Assembly (NCBI GenBank): GCA_964410585.1
Contig: CAYPFW010000001.1
Location: forward strand, 447,814 to 511,813
Length of the DNA stretch: 64,000 nt
Direction: 5' to 3'
Origin: an uncultured archaeon
GTDB taxonomy: Archaea > Aenigmatarchaeota > Aenigmatarchaeia > QMZP01 > JACQNV01
Shown here: in pieces, positions 8,839-18,309 of the stretch
Layout of the letters: every line of letters starts with the position of its first letter
Position numbering within the stretch: the first letter of the stretch is position 1
Translations under genes and position numbers: made by a program
The notes under the pieces: model-generated
Database searches by the model: none
Seen by the model: only the letters and a program-made list of their open reading frames with translations
Told to the model about the DNA's origin: nothing

Positions 8839-10265
8839 ATTTTCTTCACCATGTAGTCGCCTTCTAAATGGTAGCCGAGCTTCTCATAATATTTTCTGAC
8901 TCCTACACCAGAAATAACAACAATTTTGTCAAAGCCTAAATCCTTTGTTATCCTTTCAGCTTCTGCTAACAGCTTCCTGCCAAAACCTTTGTGCTGGAAG
9001 GTTGTTGTCCATGCCTCGTTTTCTTTTAATCCAGCTTCCAAACCAAAAACATGGAGCTCCCTTACAATTGTTGAAGTTGGTGTGATCTCAGGCCTAAAAT
9101 TTGGAACTTTTTCAATAGACGTCGAAGGTATCCTAAGCCTCAACAAGCCAATTATCAAATCGTTTTCAACATCATCAAAAGATAGGAAGATTTCCTTTCC
9201 ACCAGATGCTTCGTATTCTATTCTGTTCAATTTTATATTTTCCTCTTTTACATTTTTTCCTTTTAACAAACCATAACCAACTTCCCTGCATCTTATACAT
9301 TGACATTTCAAACCAAGTTCCTTCATCCTTTGTTTTGCAGAATCTCTTTGGTGACAGAATTTTGTCCCACCAACTATGTATTGAGCAGGAAGATCCCTCA
9401 TCACTCTTTGTATGCGCGCATACCTTGGCACAAGCGCCTTTGTCCTTGCCAAGATTTCAACAATTTCGTCTTCTGTGTATGGTTTGTATTTTCCTTCTTT
9501 GAGCCATTCTTCTAATTCTGTGCCCTCAACAACAACACAAGGATATATTTTCAATCCATCTGGCCTAAAGTTTGGATCAGAAAAAAGTTTTTCAAACTGT
9601 TTGACATCTTCTTCAACATTAGATCCTGGCAAATTGCACATATAGTGATAATAGATTTTGAAACCAGAATCTTTGAGCAAACGTGTCGCCTCTATAACAT
9701 CTTTTACAGTGTGTCCTCTTTTTGTAAGCTCATAGTTTTTGTCGTCTGCTATTTGCACACCTATTTCCACTCGCGTTGTCCCAAAGCTAAGCATCTCATC
9801 TATCTGGTGCTTTTTGCACCAATCTGGCCTTGTTTCTATACACAAACCAACACACCGATGTGTAGTTGTTTCATTTATTTTTTTGGCTTGTTCTAGACTT
9901 TCGGAAACAGTAAAATTCAAACCATCATATATCCCTTTGATAAATTCTGTCCTGTATGATTTTGGCGAGGCCATGAATGTGCCGCCCATTATAATGACTT
10001 CATTTTTTTCTGAAATATGTCCATTCTCTGTGAGTGTTTCTATCCTTCCTTGTATTTGCCCCTTAGAATCATAGTTTTGCCTAAGAGCTCTTAGGACAGT
10101 TGGCGATTTTGGCATGTAACTTTTTGGTGTTGGTATTGGCTTGTCATAGCCGCCTGGACAGTATACACATTCTCCAGGACAAGGAAGTGGTTTCGTCATT
10201 GCAGAGAGGATGGTAACACCTGAAATTGTCCTGACCTTTTTCTTAGGATGAACTGTTTTAAGCAT
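8835..10265 (-). CDS. elp3: Elp3-type radical SAM/GNAT tRNA wobble-uridine modification enzyme
   Basis: CPGECVYCPGG cluster motif, a radical SAM core and a C-terminal GNAT (QHKGFGRKLL). Start set at MLKTVHPKK (cat at 10263-10265). Confidence 0.9.
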   Translation of the reverse strand: MLKTVHPKKKVRTISGVTILSAMTKPLPCPGECVYCPGGYDKPIPTPKSYMPKSPTVLRALRQNYDSKGQIQGRIETLTENGHISEKNEVIIMGGTFMASPKSYRTEFIKGIYDGLNFTVSESLEQAKKINETTTHRCVGLCIETRPDWCKKHQIDEMLSFGTTRVEIGVQIADDKNYELTKRGHTVKDVIEATRLLKDSGFKIYYHYMCNLPGSNVEEDVKQFEKLFSDPNFRPDGLKIYPCVVVEGTELEEWLKEGKYKPYTEDEIVEILARTKALVPRYARIQRVMRDLPAQYIVGGTKFCHQRDSAKQRMKELGLKCQCIRCREVGYGLLKGKNVKEENIKLNRIEYEASGGKEIFLSFDDVENDLIIGLLRLRIPSTSIEKVPNFRPEITPTSTIVRELHVFGLEAGLKENEAWTTTFQHKGFGRKLLAEAERITKDLGFDKIVVISGVGVRKYYEKLGYHLEGDYMVKKI

Positions 10266-10290
10266 GTTAATTATTATCAATAGTATTAAT

Positions 10291-10908
10291 ATGCCAAAAC
10301 CAAACGACAAAAAAATCAAGGAAGTCTACAACAAAATAGCAGAAGGTTTCTTCAATCTGAGACAAAAACCAATCACACCAGAATTGGAAAAATTGGCTCA
10401 AAGGTGGAAGCCCGGGTTGCTTTTGGATATTGGTTGTGGAATAGGAAACTCTACTCTTCCTTTTTCAAAAAAAGGTTTTTCTTGTATAGGAACAGATATA
10501 GCACAAAATAATCTGAAATTCGCAAAAAAATATTTTGAAAAACACAAAGCAAAAGGCTCTTTTTGTGTTTCTGAAATGCAAAGCCTTCCTTTCGAATCTG
10601 GAAGATTTGATTATGTTATTTCTGCTGCAGCTTTTCACCATCTCGATTCAGAAGAAAAAAGATTGAAGTTTTTGGAGGAAATAAGAAGAGTGTTGAAACA
10701 TAAAGGAAAAGTCTTCATTTCTGTATGGCTGAAACAATCTGAAGACGCTTACATCTCATGGACAAACAAAGGTAAAAAATACCTCAGATATTACCATTTC
10801 TTCGAGAAAACCGAATTAAATAATCTTTTTGAAAAATCTGGTTTTAAGAAAATCCAAGTTTTCGAGGACGAAAGGGGAAAAAACATCTGTGTTTTGGCTT
10901 TTAAGTAA
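10291..10908 (+). CDS. Trm9/ALKBH8-like SAM-dependent methyltransferase
   Basis: VYNKIAEGFFNLRQKP...LLDIGCGIGNST pattern resembles Trm9. It is divergent from elp3. Start set at the ATG at 10291. Confidence 0.55.
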   Translation: MPKPNDKKIKEVYNKIAEGFFNLRQKPITPELEKLAQRWKPGLLLDIGCGIGNSTLPFSKKGFSCIGTDIAQNNLKFAKKYFEKHKAKGSFCVSEMQSLPFESGRFDYVISAAAFHHLDSEEKRLKFLEEIRRVLKHKGKVFISVWLKQSEDAYISWTNKGKKYLRYYHFFEKTELNNLFEKSGFKKIQVFEDERGKNICVLAFK

Positions 10909-10926
10909 GCTGGTTAGTATATTGGT

Positions 10927-11727
10927 ATGCGCACATTTCATAGTCTAAACAAAATTGTAAAGGAAGTTATATACGAATCGGATATAATCCTGGAAATCCT
11001 AGATGCAAGATTCATCGACGAAATGAGGAATTTTGAAGTTGAAAAGAAAATACAGGAACTGAAAAAACCTCTTATTTTTGTTTTTAACAAATGTGATTTG
11101 GCTGATAAAAAGCAGATGGAAGCAAAGAAAAGAGAGCTTGCAAATTCTGTATTCATATCTTCAAAAGATAGGATGGGAACAAAAATTCTCATAGACAAAA
11201 TAAAAGAGATTGCCGATAGTCTTGATCCAAACAGAAAGAAATACCACAAATCATTTAAACAGGAAGAGGGATTTGAAAAAAACATAGTTATTGTAGGTTT
11301 AGTTGGCTATCCAAACACAGGAAAAAGCTCTGTAATAAACATTTTGAAAGGCAGAAGAGTTGCTGAATCTTCTCCACATAGCGGTTATACAAAGGCTAAA
11401 AAGCTCATAAAAATAACAGACGACATTTATTTGATGGATACACCTGGAATACTTAGAGCAGAAGATGTTGACAAATCAAACCACGTCCTTGTCGGAGCAA
11501 TGGATGTTTCAAAAATAAAAGACCCGGAAACAGAAGCCCTGAAATTAATGAGAACACTTGACGGTAGGATAGAAAGGTTTTTTGGTGTTGAAAAAAAAGA
11601 AGATGTTTTAGAGGCTTTGGAAGAGATTGCAAAAAAATTCAACAGATACAGGAAAGGTGGAGTTCCTGATACAGAAGTCATGGCAAGGAAAATTATTCAA
11701 GACTGGCAAAGGGGAAAGATAAGATGA
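10927..11727 (+). CDS. Circularly permuted ribosome-biogenesis GTPase (YlqF/RbgA/YawG family)
   Basis: Motif order is G4 NKCD, then G1 GYPNTGKSS, then G3 DTPG. Confidence 0.8.
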   Translation: MRTFHSLNKIVKEVIYESDIILEILDARFIDEMRNFEVEKKIQELKKPLIFVFNKCDLADKKQMEAKKRELANSVFISSKDRMGTKILIDKIKEIADSLDPNRKKYHKSFKQEEGFEKNIVIVGLVGYPNTGKSSVINILKGRRVAESSPHSGYTKAKKLIKITDDIYLMDTPGILRAEDVDKSNHVLVGAMDVSKIKDPETEALKLMRTLDGRIERFFGVEKKEDVLEALEEIAKKFNRYRKGGVPDTEVMARKIIQDWQRGKIR

Positions 11728-11766
11728 AACAAGAAAAAGATTTCAACAAAAAAGAAATTTTGGAAG

Positions 11767-11825
11767 CTATCCTTTTCTTTTAGAAAAAGAAAAGTATACC
11801 GTACCCCAAAGAAAACTAAATACAT
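11767..11825 (+). repeat. Short-form S repeat abutting the pus10 start
   Basis: CCTTTTCTTTTAGAAAAAGAAAAG hairpin plus TATACCGTACCCCAAAGAAAACTAAATACAT, then ATG at 11826. Confidence 0.75.
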
Positions 11826-13031
11826 ATGAACAAAGAAAGAGAATTTAACAAAAAGGATATATTGGAAAAGGCAAAGGAAATTGAAAAACTGAAAAAAGTC
11901 TGCGACAATTGTTTAGGTAGGCAGTTTGCCCAAACTGGTCATGGGTTCACAAACAAGCAGAGGGGAGAGATTTTGAGGAAACTTCTGAAAACAAAAGAAC
12001 CAAAAGAATGCGAGATATGTGATGACTTATTCAAAGATTTGGAAAAATATGGGAAAGAAGCTGTTGGGTGCTTGAAAAAGTATGATTTCAAAACTTTTTT
12101 AGTTGGAACTCAGTTGTCTTATTTGCTCTCAAAGAAAGAGGAATATTTTTGGGAGGAGATAGGAGCAGAAGGCTGCGAATCGATAAAATCAGAGATAAAC
12201 AGGGAAGTGGGAAAGCTGATTTCTAAAGAAACAGGAAAAGACATGGACAGAGATATCCCAGACATAAACGTGATTGTTGACTTGGAGAAAGACAGGATTA
12301 GGATAAAATCAAACCCTCTTTTTGTTTATGGTGGATATAAAAAATTAGTAAGGGGCTTACCTCAAACAAAATGGGAAACTTATCCGGAGACTGTTGAAGA
12401 TATAGTAGCAAAGCCATTCATGAAAGCGACAAAAGGAGAAGAACATGCTTTGCATGGGATGGGTAGGGAAGACATAGATGCTAGGTGCCTTGATTTTAGG
12501 CCATTTGTTTTTGAAGTAGTAAATCCACAAATACGCGGAGTTGATTTGAAAAAAATGAAAACAGAAATAAACAAGTCAAAAAAAGTCGAGGTTTCTGACC
12601 TAAAGTTTTCAAACAAACAAGAAGTAAGGGATTTGAAAGCAGCAAAACCTGCTAAATCATATAGGGTTTTGGTTGAATTTGAAAAGCCTGTTTCTGAGAA
12701 GGATTTGGCTAAATTAAAAAAGTTGAAAGGATTGACAATTAAACAAGAGACACCTAAGAGGGTTTTGCATAGACGAGCTGACAAAACGAGAGACAGAAAA
12801 GTCAGGGAAATAAAATGGAGCATTGTAAATTCTAAAAAAGCGAAAAATGCTTCTAGCAAACTCGTAGAGTTTGAAGTTAAAGGGGATGCTGGGCTTTATG
12901 TCAAAGAGCTTGTCCACGGGGATGAAGGAAGGACAAAACCTTCTGTTTCTGAAATTTTGGGGAACAAAGGAGAAGTAAAAGAGCTAGATGTGATCAAAAT
13001 TTGGACAAAGAACATGCCGAAACCGGTCTGA
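11826..13031 (+). CDS. pus10: tRNA pseudouridine synthase Pus10
   Basis: N-terminal CDNCLGRQF and CEICDDLF zinc motifs, followed by THUMP-like and PUS catalytic regions. Confidence 0.85.
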   Translation: MNKEREFNKKDILEKAKEIEKLKKVCDNCLGRQFAQTGHGFTNKQRGEILRKLLKTKEPKECEICDDLFKDLEKYGKEAVGCLKKYDFKTFLVGTQLSYLLSKKEEYFWEEIGAEGCESIKSEINREVGKLISKETGKDMDRDIPDINVIVDLEKDRIRIKSNPLFVYGGYKKLVRGLPQTKWETYPETVEDIVAKPFMKATKGEEHALHGMGREDIDARCLDFRPFVFEVVNPQIRGVDLKKMKTEINKSKKVEVSDLKFSNKQEVRDLKAAKPAKSYRVLVEFEKPVSEKDLAKLKKLKGLTIKQETPKRVLHRRADKTRDRKVREIKWSIVNSKKAKNASSKLVEFEVKGDAGLYVKELVHGDEGRTKPSVSEILGNKGEVKELDVIKIWTKNMPKPV

Positions 13032-13089
13032 AGACCAGTTTCCAACTCTTACGTAGATTTATAAATCACTATACTCTAATAAGTTGAAT

Positions 13090-13383
13090 ATGGTACGAAC
13101 TAGTAAAGGTACAAGATCGGCGACAAGAAGTAAATATAAGAAAGGTTTGAGAGACAAGTTTACTATTACGCCTTATCTTCAGGAATTTGAAGTTGGGCAA
13201 AATGTTGTAATAAATCAAGATCCATTCTCCCAAAAAGGCCTGCCACACCACAGATTCAAAGGTATGATAGGTGTGATTCAGGAGAAAAGAGGCAGATCAT
13301 ATGTGCTCAAACTACCAGTTGGCCCAAAAAAGACAAAGACGGTTATTTCTAGACCAGAGCATTTGAAGGCTCACAAGAAATGA
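13090..13383 (+). CDS. rpl21e: 50S ribosomal protein L21e
   Basis: MVRTSKGTRSATRSKY...HHRFKGMIGVI pattern. ATG at 13090. Confidence 0.9.
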   Translation: MVRTSKGTRSATRSKYKKGLRDKFTITPYLQEFEVGQNVVINQDPFSQKGLPHHRFKGMIGVIQEKRGRSYVLKLPVGPKKTKTVISRPEHLKAHKK

Positions 13384-13404
13384 GCTTTTTCTGTAAAAAA
13401 GCTC
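13382..13404 (+). terminator. Hairpin overlapping the rpl21e stop codon
   Basis: GAGCTTTTT-CTGT-AAAAAGCTC forms a 9-bp stem with T/A runs. Confidence 0.4.
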
Positions 13405-13408
13405 ATGC

Positions 13409-13504
13409 AAAAATCGGAGGCTCGTAAGAGTTGGAAGCTGATCTCAATAAGCTTCGGTATCTGACACTCGTCGTTGAGACTCCTCGTTCGATTGCGCCTT
13501 CCAT
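13409..13504 (-). repeat. Y repeat (reverse) with a nested W hairpin
   Basis: CGGAGGCTC ... GCGCCTTCCAT termini. The AT-rich hairpin is replaced by TTGGAAGCTG-loop-AGCTTCGGTATC (13431-13461). Confidence 0.65.
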
Positions 13505-13589
13505 TATTTAGATGATATTTATATAGCGAAACTGTATAATAGACTATATTCTATTTAAGAAAGGAGGTTTAGGTTTCTGCGTATGCAAA

Positions 13590-13641
13590 AGGTTTTGGGT
13601 AAAATAGCCTTTTGATGAAGGCGGAAGCCTCGAAAAGGCTA
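13590..13641 (-). repeat. Short S/X-type repeat (reverse)
   Basis: GGTTTTGGGTAAAATAGCCTTTTGATGAAGGCGGAAGCCTCGAAAAGGCTAT. Compare 40194-40321. Confidence 0.6.
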
Positions 13642-13643
13642 TT

Positions 13644-13973
13644 ATGGAAATAAAGAACGAGCAACCTGTTCCAGCAGCAGTTGTCAAAAAATTGCTTTTG
13701 AAAAGAGAGAAGGAAAAAGAGCTTGGTTACGAGCAAAAAGTTACTTTGGATCATTTGAAAAAATTCTGCGATTTGTCTGAAAAAGCATCAGAAGAGCTTA
13801 TTGAGGAGCTAAAAGGCGTTGAAAAGTTGAATGAAAGGCAAATTGTAAACATAGTGAACTTGCTTCCACAGGATTTGGATGAACTTAGGCTTATTTTTGC
13901 AAACGAGAGGATAGACCTCTCTGACGGCGACAAGAAAAAGATCCTCGATGCTGTCAAAAAGGCAACCAAGTAA
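13644..13973 (+). CDS. rpoF: DNA-directed RNA polymerase subunit Rpo4 (RpoF)
   Basis: 109-aa helical protein (LGYEQKVTLDHLKKF..., LNERQIVNIVNLLPQD) in the conserved position after L21e. Confidence 0.8.
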   Translation: MEIKNEQPVPAAVVKKLLLKREKEKELGYEQKVTLDHLKKFCDLSEKASEELIEELKGVEKLNERQIVNIVNLLPQDLDELRLIFANERIDLSDGDKKKILDAVKKATK

Positions 13974-14050
13974 TCTTGGCTTATTTTTAAATGAGCAAAT
14001 ACAATCTAATAGATAGAGGAATGTAGGTGTTGGAAAAAGTTTAGGCATAT

Positions 14051-14135
14051 AGTGGAAGGCGTAATCAAGTGGAAGCCGTTTAAAAAAATTGCGAATCGCA
14101 ATGAGCAATTTTTTAGGCTCCTGTTTTGATTAACC
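14051..14135 (+). repeat. Y repeat
   Basis: GTGGAAGGCG...GTGGAAGCCG, an AT-rich hairpin (AAAAAATTGC/GCAATTTTTT) and AGGCTCCTGTTTTGATTAACC. Confidence 0.8.
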
Positions 14136-14200
14136 TTCGTGTCTCGCAGAGTGCGTAGGACACGAGACATCTCTGCACCAATATAATTGGAGATGCAGAT
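14136..14200 (-). repeat. X repeat core (reverse)
   Basis: CGTGTCTCG...CACGAGACATCTCTGCA...TGCAGA is the reverse complement of the GAGATGTCTCGTG core. Confidence 0.75.
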
Positions 14201-14215
14201 TTAGGATAAAAGGTT

Positions 14216-14803
14216 ATGGAACAGCATGAAATAAAGAAAGATGAATGGGGAATAGTGTTGGAGTTCCTTCCAAAAGGACATATTGGTATGCAAAGATCTC
14301 AACCAGTTGCACAAGTCCTTGGGGACAAATACTTTTCTTTACTTGAAGTTATAATCAGGGAAGGCGCGACAGCCGCAGCAGAAGAAAGGCTATACATAGG
14401 AGATAAAAAGAGAGACAAAGTCAAATACATACAAGGCAGGATAGAAATGTCAGGCCTTACATCAGGATCAAAAGATGAGCTTTCAAAAGCAATAGAGACT
14501 GTTGTTGAAAAAAGCCCAGAACAGTTCATAAAGTTTTTCAATGAGTGCGGACCCCTTACAACAAGGATGCACCAACTTGAACTACTTCCAGGAATTGGAA
14601 AAAAACATTTGTGGAAAGTTTTAGAGGAAAGGAAAGTTGAGCCTTTCAAGTCTTTTGACGATATCAAAAACAGGGTCCCAATGATCCCAGACCCTAAAAA
14701 GATGATTGTGAAAAGGGTGGAAGCAGAATTAGAGGGAAAGGATAGGTATTATTTGTTTGCTTTGAAACCCAAGGAAGCTTTGAGGGAAGAGTTCAGGCGC
14801 TAG
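14216..14803 (+). CDS. DUF655-family protein (HhH-containing, conserved archaeal partner of Rpo4)
   Basis: VLEFLPKGH...SLLEV...RMHQLELLPGIGKKHLWKVLEER...PFKSFDDIKNRV pattern. Confidence 0.75.
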   Translation: MEQHEIKKDEWGIVLEFLPKGHIGMQRSQPVAQVLGDKYFSLLEVIIREGATAAAEERLYIGDKKRDKVKYIQGRIEMSGLTSGSKDELSKAIETVVEKSPEQFIKFFNECGPLTTRMHQLELLPGIGKKHLWKVLEERKVEPFKSFDDIKNRVPMIPDPKKMIVKRVEAELEGKDRYYLFALKPKEALREEFRR

Positions 14804-14937
14804 CCTTTCTTTTTCAAAAAAAGATCAACATCTCACCGATGCAAAGGATGATGAGATGTCTCGTGAACAATTAACTGTTCACGCAGTTAATAGGAGACAC
14901 GAAAGTCTACCGTACCCAAAGAAAAACGATATACAAA
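14801..14937 (+). repeat. Long-form X repeat (best reference copy)
   Basis: TAGCCTTTC (the TAG is the stop of the upstream gene), CATCTCA-N16-TGAGATG, GTCTCGTG, hairpin GTGAACA-ATTAAC-TGTTCAC, TAATAGGAGACACGAAAG, TCTACCGTACCCAAAGAAAAAC. Confidence 0.85.
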
Positions 14938-14957
14938 CAACATTAAAGGATTCAAAT

Positions 14958-15386
14958 ATGTTAGTACAAGAGATAATGAGCAAAAAAGTTCTGACAGCAG
15001 AAGGAAGTCTAACTGTTCAAGAAGCTGTTGAATTAATGAACAAGAACCAAGCAGGCTCTTTGATAGTTGTTGATTCTGGAAAAATGAAAGGTATTGTTAC
15101 TGAACGTGATGTTTTGAAAACAATTGAACAAGGCAAAGACGCGAAAAAAGTTTTGATCAAGGAAATAATGACAACAGATGTTTATTTTGTGAAGCCACAA
15201 GACAATGTTGTTGATGCTGCGCAACTCATGGCTGAAAAACACATCAAAAAACTTCCTGTGATTAGCGGCGGCGCACTTGTTGGCATTTTAACTGCAACAG
15301 ATATTGTTGCATCTGAACCTCTGTTCATGCACCAACTCGGAGAGATTTTCTTGACAGCTAAAAAGCACACAACAGCTGCTGGTTAA
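14958..15386 (+). CDS. CBS-domain pair protein
   Basis: Two CBS repeats (IMSKKVLTAEG..., IMTTDVYFVKP...HIKKLPVI). Start set at the ATG at 14958, downstream of the repeat. Confidence 0.8.
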   Translation: MLVQEIMSKKVLTAEGSLTVQEAVELMNKNQAGSLIVVDSGKMKGIVTERDVLKTIEQGKDAKKVLIKEIMTTDVYFVKPQDNVVDAAQLMAEKHIKKLPVISGGALVGILTATDIVASEPLFMHQLGEIFLTAKKHTTAAG

Positions 15387-16422
15387 TTTTGAGCTCATTT
15401 TTTATTAGATCTTCTGCAGCTTCGTATAATGTTTTGTTTTCTTCCTTACTCATTTCAATAGTTTGCTCTAGTCGGCTTTGGATTATTTCTCTTGTTTTAG
15501 AAATCACATAGTCAAAATCTTTTCCCTGAACTTCGCACATTGAAAGGAAAACACCGCCTATGTTGATCACATAATCCGGAACATAAACTATTTTTCTTTT
15601 CGCAAAATCATCTATCAAATCTTCGCTAGCCAAAGGATTGTTTGCTGCGCCTATCACCATGTCACAATTTAATTTTCCAATAGTTTCTTTTGTTAATATT
15701 CCGCCACAAGCATTTGGAGAAAAAATATCACATTTCACTTCATAAATTTTATCTGGTTCTACAGTTTCAACATTGAATCTTTCTTTTATTGATTTTATTT
15801 TTTCAGGATCGATATCAGTCACAACTATTCTACATCGTTCATCAACAAGCCTTTTAACAAGGTCTGCTCCAACACTCCCAACACCTTGAACTGCAATTGT
15901 CTTGTTTTTGAGGCTATCTGTTCTATATTTCCATTTGCACATTGTTTTCATTGCTACCAAAATTCCGTATGCCGTTGGTATAGCTGTATCGCCAAGACCC
16001 GAATTCAGGCCATCTATGAATTTGGATTTTTCTGCCATATATTCTATGTCTTTTATGTCAATATTCATGTCTGTTCCTGTTTGAAGTTTTCCATTCAAAG
16101 ATTCAACAAATTTTCCAAATTCCCTAAGCATCTCTGGTGTCTTTTGAGTCTTTGGGTTTCCAACTATCACACCCTTTCCGCCGCTATATCCACCATTGTA
16201 TTTTTTTCCAATTATCACACATTTCTTTGTCATCACCTTTACAAGTTTTGTTGCATCTTTTATTCCATCAAGCAAAGTTGGATAGTATACCATTCTTGTC
16301 CCACCATTTCCCTTGTCACCATAAACAGTATTCATTGCCGCAATGAAAAAACATCCTGATTTTTTATCATGTTTTATGTGCAATTCATTGCACCAATTTT
16401 CTTTCATTAGTTTTTCTATCAT
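15358..16422 (-). CDS. Glu/Leu/Phe/Val-family amino-acid dehydrogenase (Leu/Val dehydrogenase-like)
   Basis: GGYSGGKGVI catalytic-Lys region and a VQGVGSVGADLVKRL Rossmann motif. Confidence 0.75.
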   Translation of the reverse strand: MIEKLMKENWCNELHIKHDKKSGCFFIAAMNTVYGDKGNGGTRMVYYPTLLDGIKDATKLVKVMTKKCVIIGKKYNGGYSGGKGVIVGNPKTQKTPEMLREFGKFVESLNGKLQTGTDMNIDIKDIEYMAEKSKFIDGLNSGLGDTAIPTAYGILVAMKTMCKWKYRTDSLKNKTIAVQGVGSVGADLVKRLVDERCRIVVTDIDPEKIKSIKERFNVETVEPDKIYEVKCDIFSPNACGGILTKETIGKLNCDMVIGAANNPLASEDLIDDFAKRKIVYVPDYVINIGGVFLSMCEVQGKDFDYVISKTREIIQSRLEQTIEMSKEENKTLYEAAEDLIKNELKINQQLLCAF

Positions 16423-17198
16423 TCAATCATCCTACTTGTTGCTATTATTCCTCTGATATACAACTCTTTTTTTAACCACACATACCAATCATCGCCTAAA
16501 ATTTTGTATTTTTTACAAAGATCATCAACTACTTTCTGATTTTCTCTCAATGGGTTTTGCAGCATACTCAAACAAACCTCAGGCTCCAAATTTGACAACG
16601 GCAAAATATAACCGTCAACTCCTTTGGATTCAAAACAAAGATGCTCCCATCCCTGAAAAATAGGAACTTCCAAATTCGCATCCAATAACCTTTTTGTAAA
16701 ATCAACAGAACCGCTTGCCTCTTTTATTCCAACAATATTTCTCAATTCACAAATTCTCAAAATGGTTTCATATTCTATTTGGTTTCCAGAAATTGCAGAC
16801 TCATTGTAAATGAAAACAGGAGAATCTGCTTCGTTTCTTATTCTCCTGAAATGTTCATATATTTCTTCCTGAGAGCATTTTCTAAAAGGTGTTGTCACAA
16901 CAACAGCATCTGCGCCAAGCTTTTTTGCGATTCTTAATTTTTCCACAACCTCTTCTGTTGTTTTAAACTCAACTCCTGCCAAAACAGGTAAACCTTGGGC
17001 ACATTTTACTGTATATTTTATCATATCTTCAAATTGTCTATCATTTAATTTCCAACCTTCACCTGAACTTAGAGTTGGCATCAAAGCGGTGGAATAAGGC
17101 CTGACAAAATCTACCAACTGTCTTACACTTTTTCTGCACACATCGCCTCTGCTGTCTAAAGGTGTGACTAGAGGCGGAATTACTCCTTTGTATCTCAT
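16419..17198 (-). CDS. DapA/HTPA-synthase-family class I aldolase
   Basis: GVIPPLVTPL...LSSGEG...GADAVVVTTPF pattern. ATGA overlaps with both neighbours (17195-17198 and 16419-16422). Confidence 0.7.
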   Translation of the reverse strand: MRYKGVIPPLVTPLDSRGDVCRKSVRQLVDFVRPYSTALMPTLSSGEGWKLNDRQFEDMIKYTVKCAQGLPVLAGVEFKTTEEVVEKLRIAKKLGADAVVVTTPFRKCSQEEIYEHFRRIRNEADSPVFIYNESAISGNQIEYETILRICELRNIVGIKEASGSVDFTKRLLDANLEVPIFQGWEHLCFESKGVDGYILPLSNLEPEVCLSMLQNPLRENQKVVDDLCKKYKILGDDWYVWLKKELYIRGIIATSRMIE

Positions 17199-18193
17199 AA
17201 ACCAACCTCCTTGGCCCATTGGTCTTTGCATTCGTGGTATAGTGATCTTAATTTTGAAGCATCCTGATCAGCGTTGAACTGTTGTATGGCTTCTCTGACC
17301 TCTTTATCACAAACACCGCAGTTGGATGATTGTCTATCCCCTGACAAATTTTCATCACTCATTCCAGCAAATAGTCTACCATCTGTTCTTCCTATTCTTT
17401 CAGCTGTTTGAGCCAGCACTTCAACAACACTCCATAGCTTTGGCGGCTTGTATTGGCCAGTTAAGAAAAGGGTTTCTATTGGCTTGCCTCTAACTACATA
17501 AATAGGTTCAAAGGCTATTCTTCCATATACACTATATTTGTCAGCTTTTTCGAGAACATGCAATGCTGTCGCTACTGAATCTTCTATAGCTTCTCTTTCC
17601 GAAAATCCCTGCGGTTTGATTTGGACATAAGCTACAAAATCTAAACCAGCTTTCCTACACATCATCATAGATTCATCTAAGTGCACTTCTGGCACATTTT
17701 TATTCAGGACATCATTTCTAATTCTTGGATTAGAGGTCTCGTATCCTAAGGCAAATTCCAATACTTGGTCCTCCCTTAAACACCCCTTTGCTTCCTTTAG
17801 TTTTTCCACTGTTGTATAGCCTCTTCTGGATTCTGTCATAATCCTTTTTACAATTGGTATATTTGCAAGTGCTGAAAGCATATATCTTCTAACTTCTGGC
17901 GACATTTCCCTGTCGCTGTAGAAATTTCCTAGAGAAGCCAAATCGAAATGCTGGAATTTACCAGTTCTCAAAAGTTCTAAAACAGTGCTGTGCTGAGCTT
18001 TCAGATTTTTGTCTCTGATGTCGGGTCTAGAATATTCTGCAAAATTGCACATTGTACAGCCCCTTCCCTTTTTGTCATATTCGCATCCTTTTGTTCTGTA
18101 AGAAACAAAGAGCCTATTTGCTGGGCTACCTTTGATGTTGATTCTACTTGCAGTAATGTAAGCAGGGCTATCAAGCAAAGATTGAGATGTCAT
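17195..18193 (-). CDS. Radical-SAM-like Fe-S enzyme (COG1244/TIGR01210-like), atypical C-x9-C-x2-C
   Basis: YRTKGCEYDKKGRGCTMCNF motif with a TIM-like remainder. The family assignment is from memory of the motif pattern. Confidence 0.5.
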   Translation of the reverse strand: MTSQSLLDSPAYITASRINIKGSPANRLFVSYRTKGCEYDKKGRGCTMCNFAEYSRPDIRDKNLKAQHSTVLELLRTGKFQHFDLASLGNFYSDREMSPEVRRYMLSALANIPIVKRIMTESRRGYTTVEKLKEAKGCLREDQVLEFALGYETSNPRIRNDVLNKNVPEVHLDESMMMCRKAGLDFVAYVQIKPQGFSEREAIEDSVATALHVLEKADKYSVYGRIAFEPIYVVRGKPIETLFLTGQYKPPKLWSVVEVLAQTAERIGRTDGRLFAGMSDENLSGDRQSSNCGVCDKEVREAIQQFNADQDASKLRSLYHECKDQWAKEVGL

Positions 18194-18309
18194 ATTTTAT
18201 TATTTATCACCATCATGTGATAACTAATTAAACTATGGTTGTTGGGTATATCAAATTGTGTCGCACCATACTGGTACGACTATTTAAGGACAAGAAAGGA
18301 AATAGAAAT

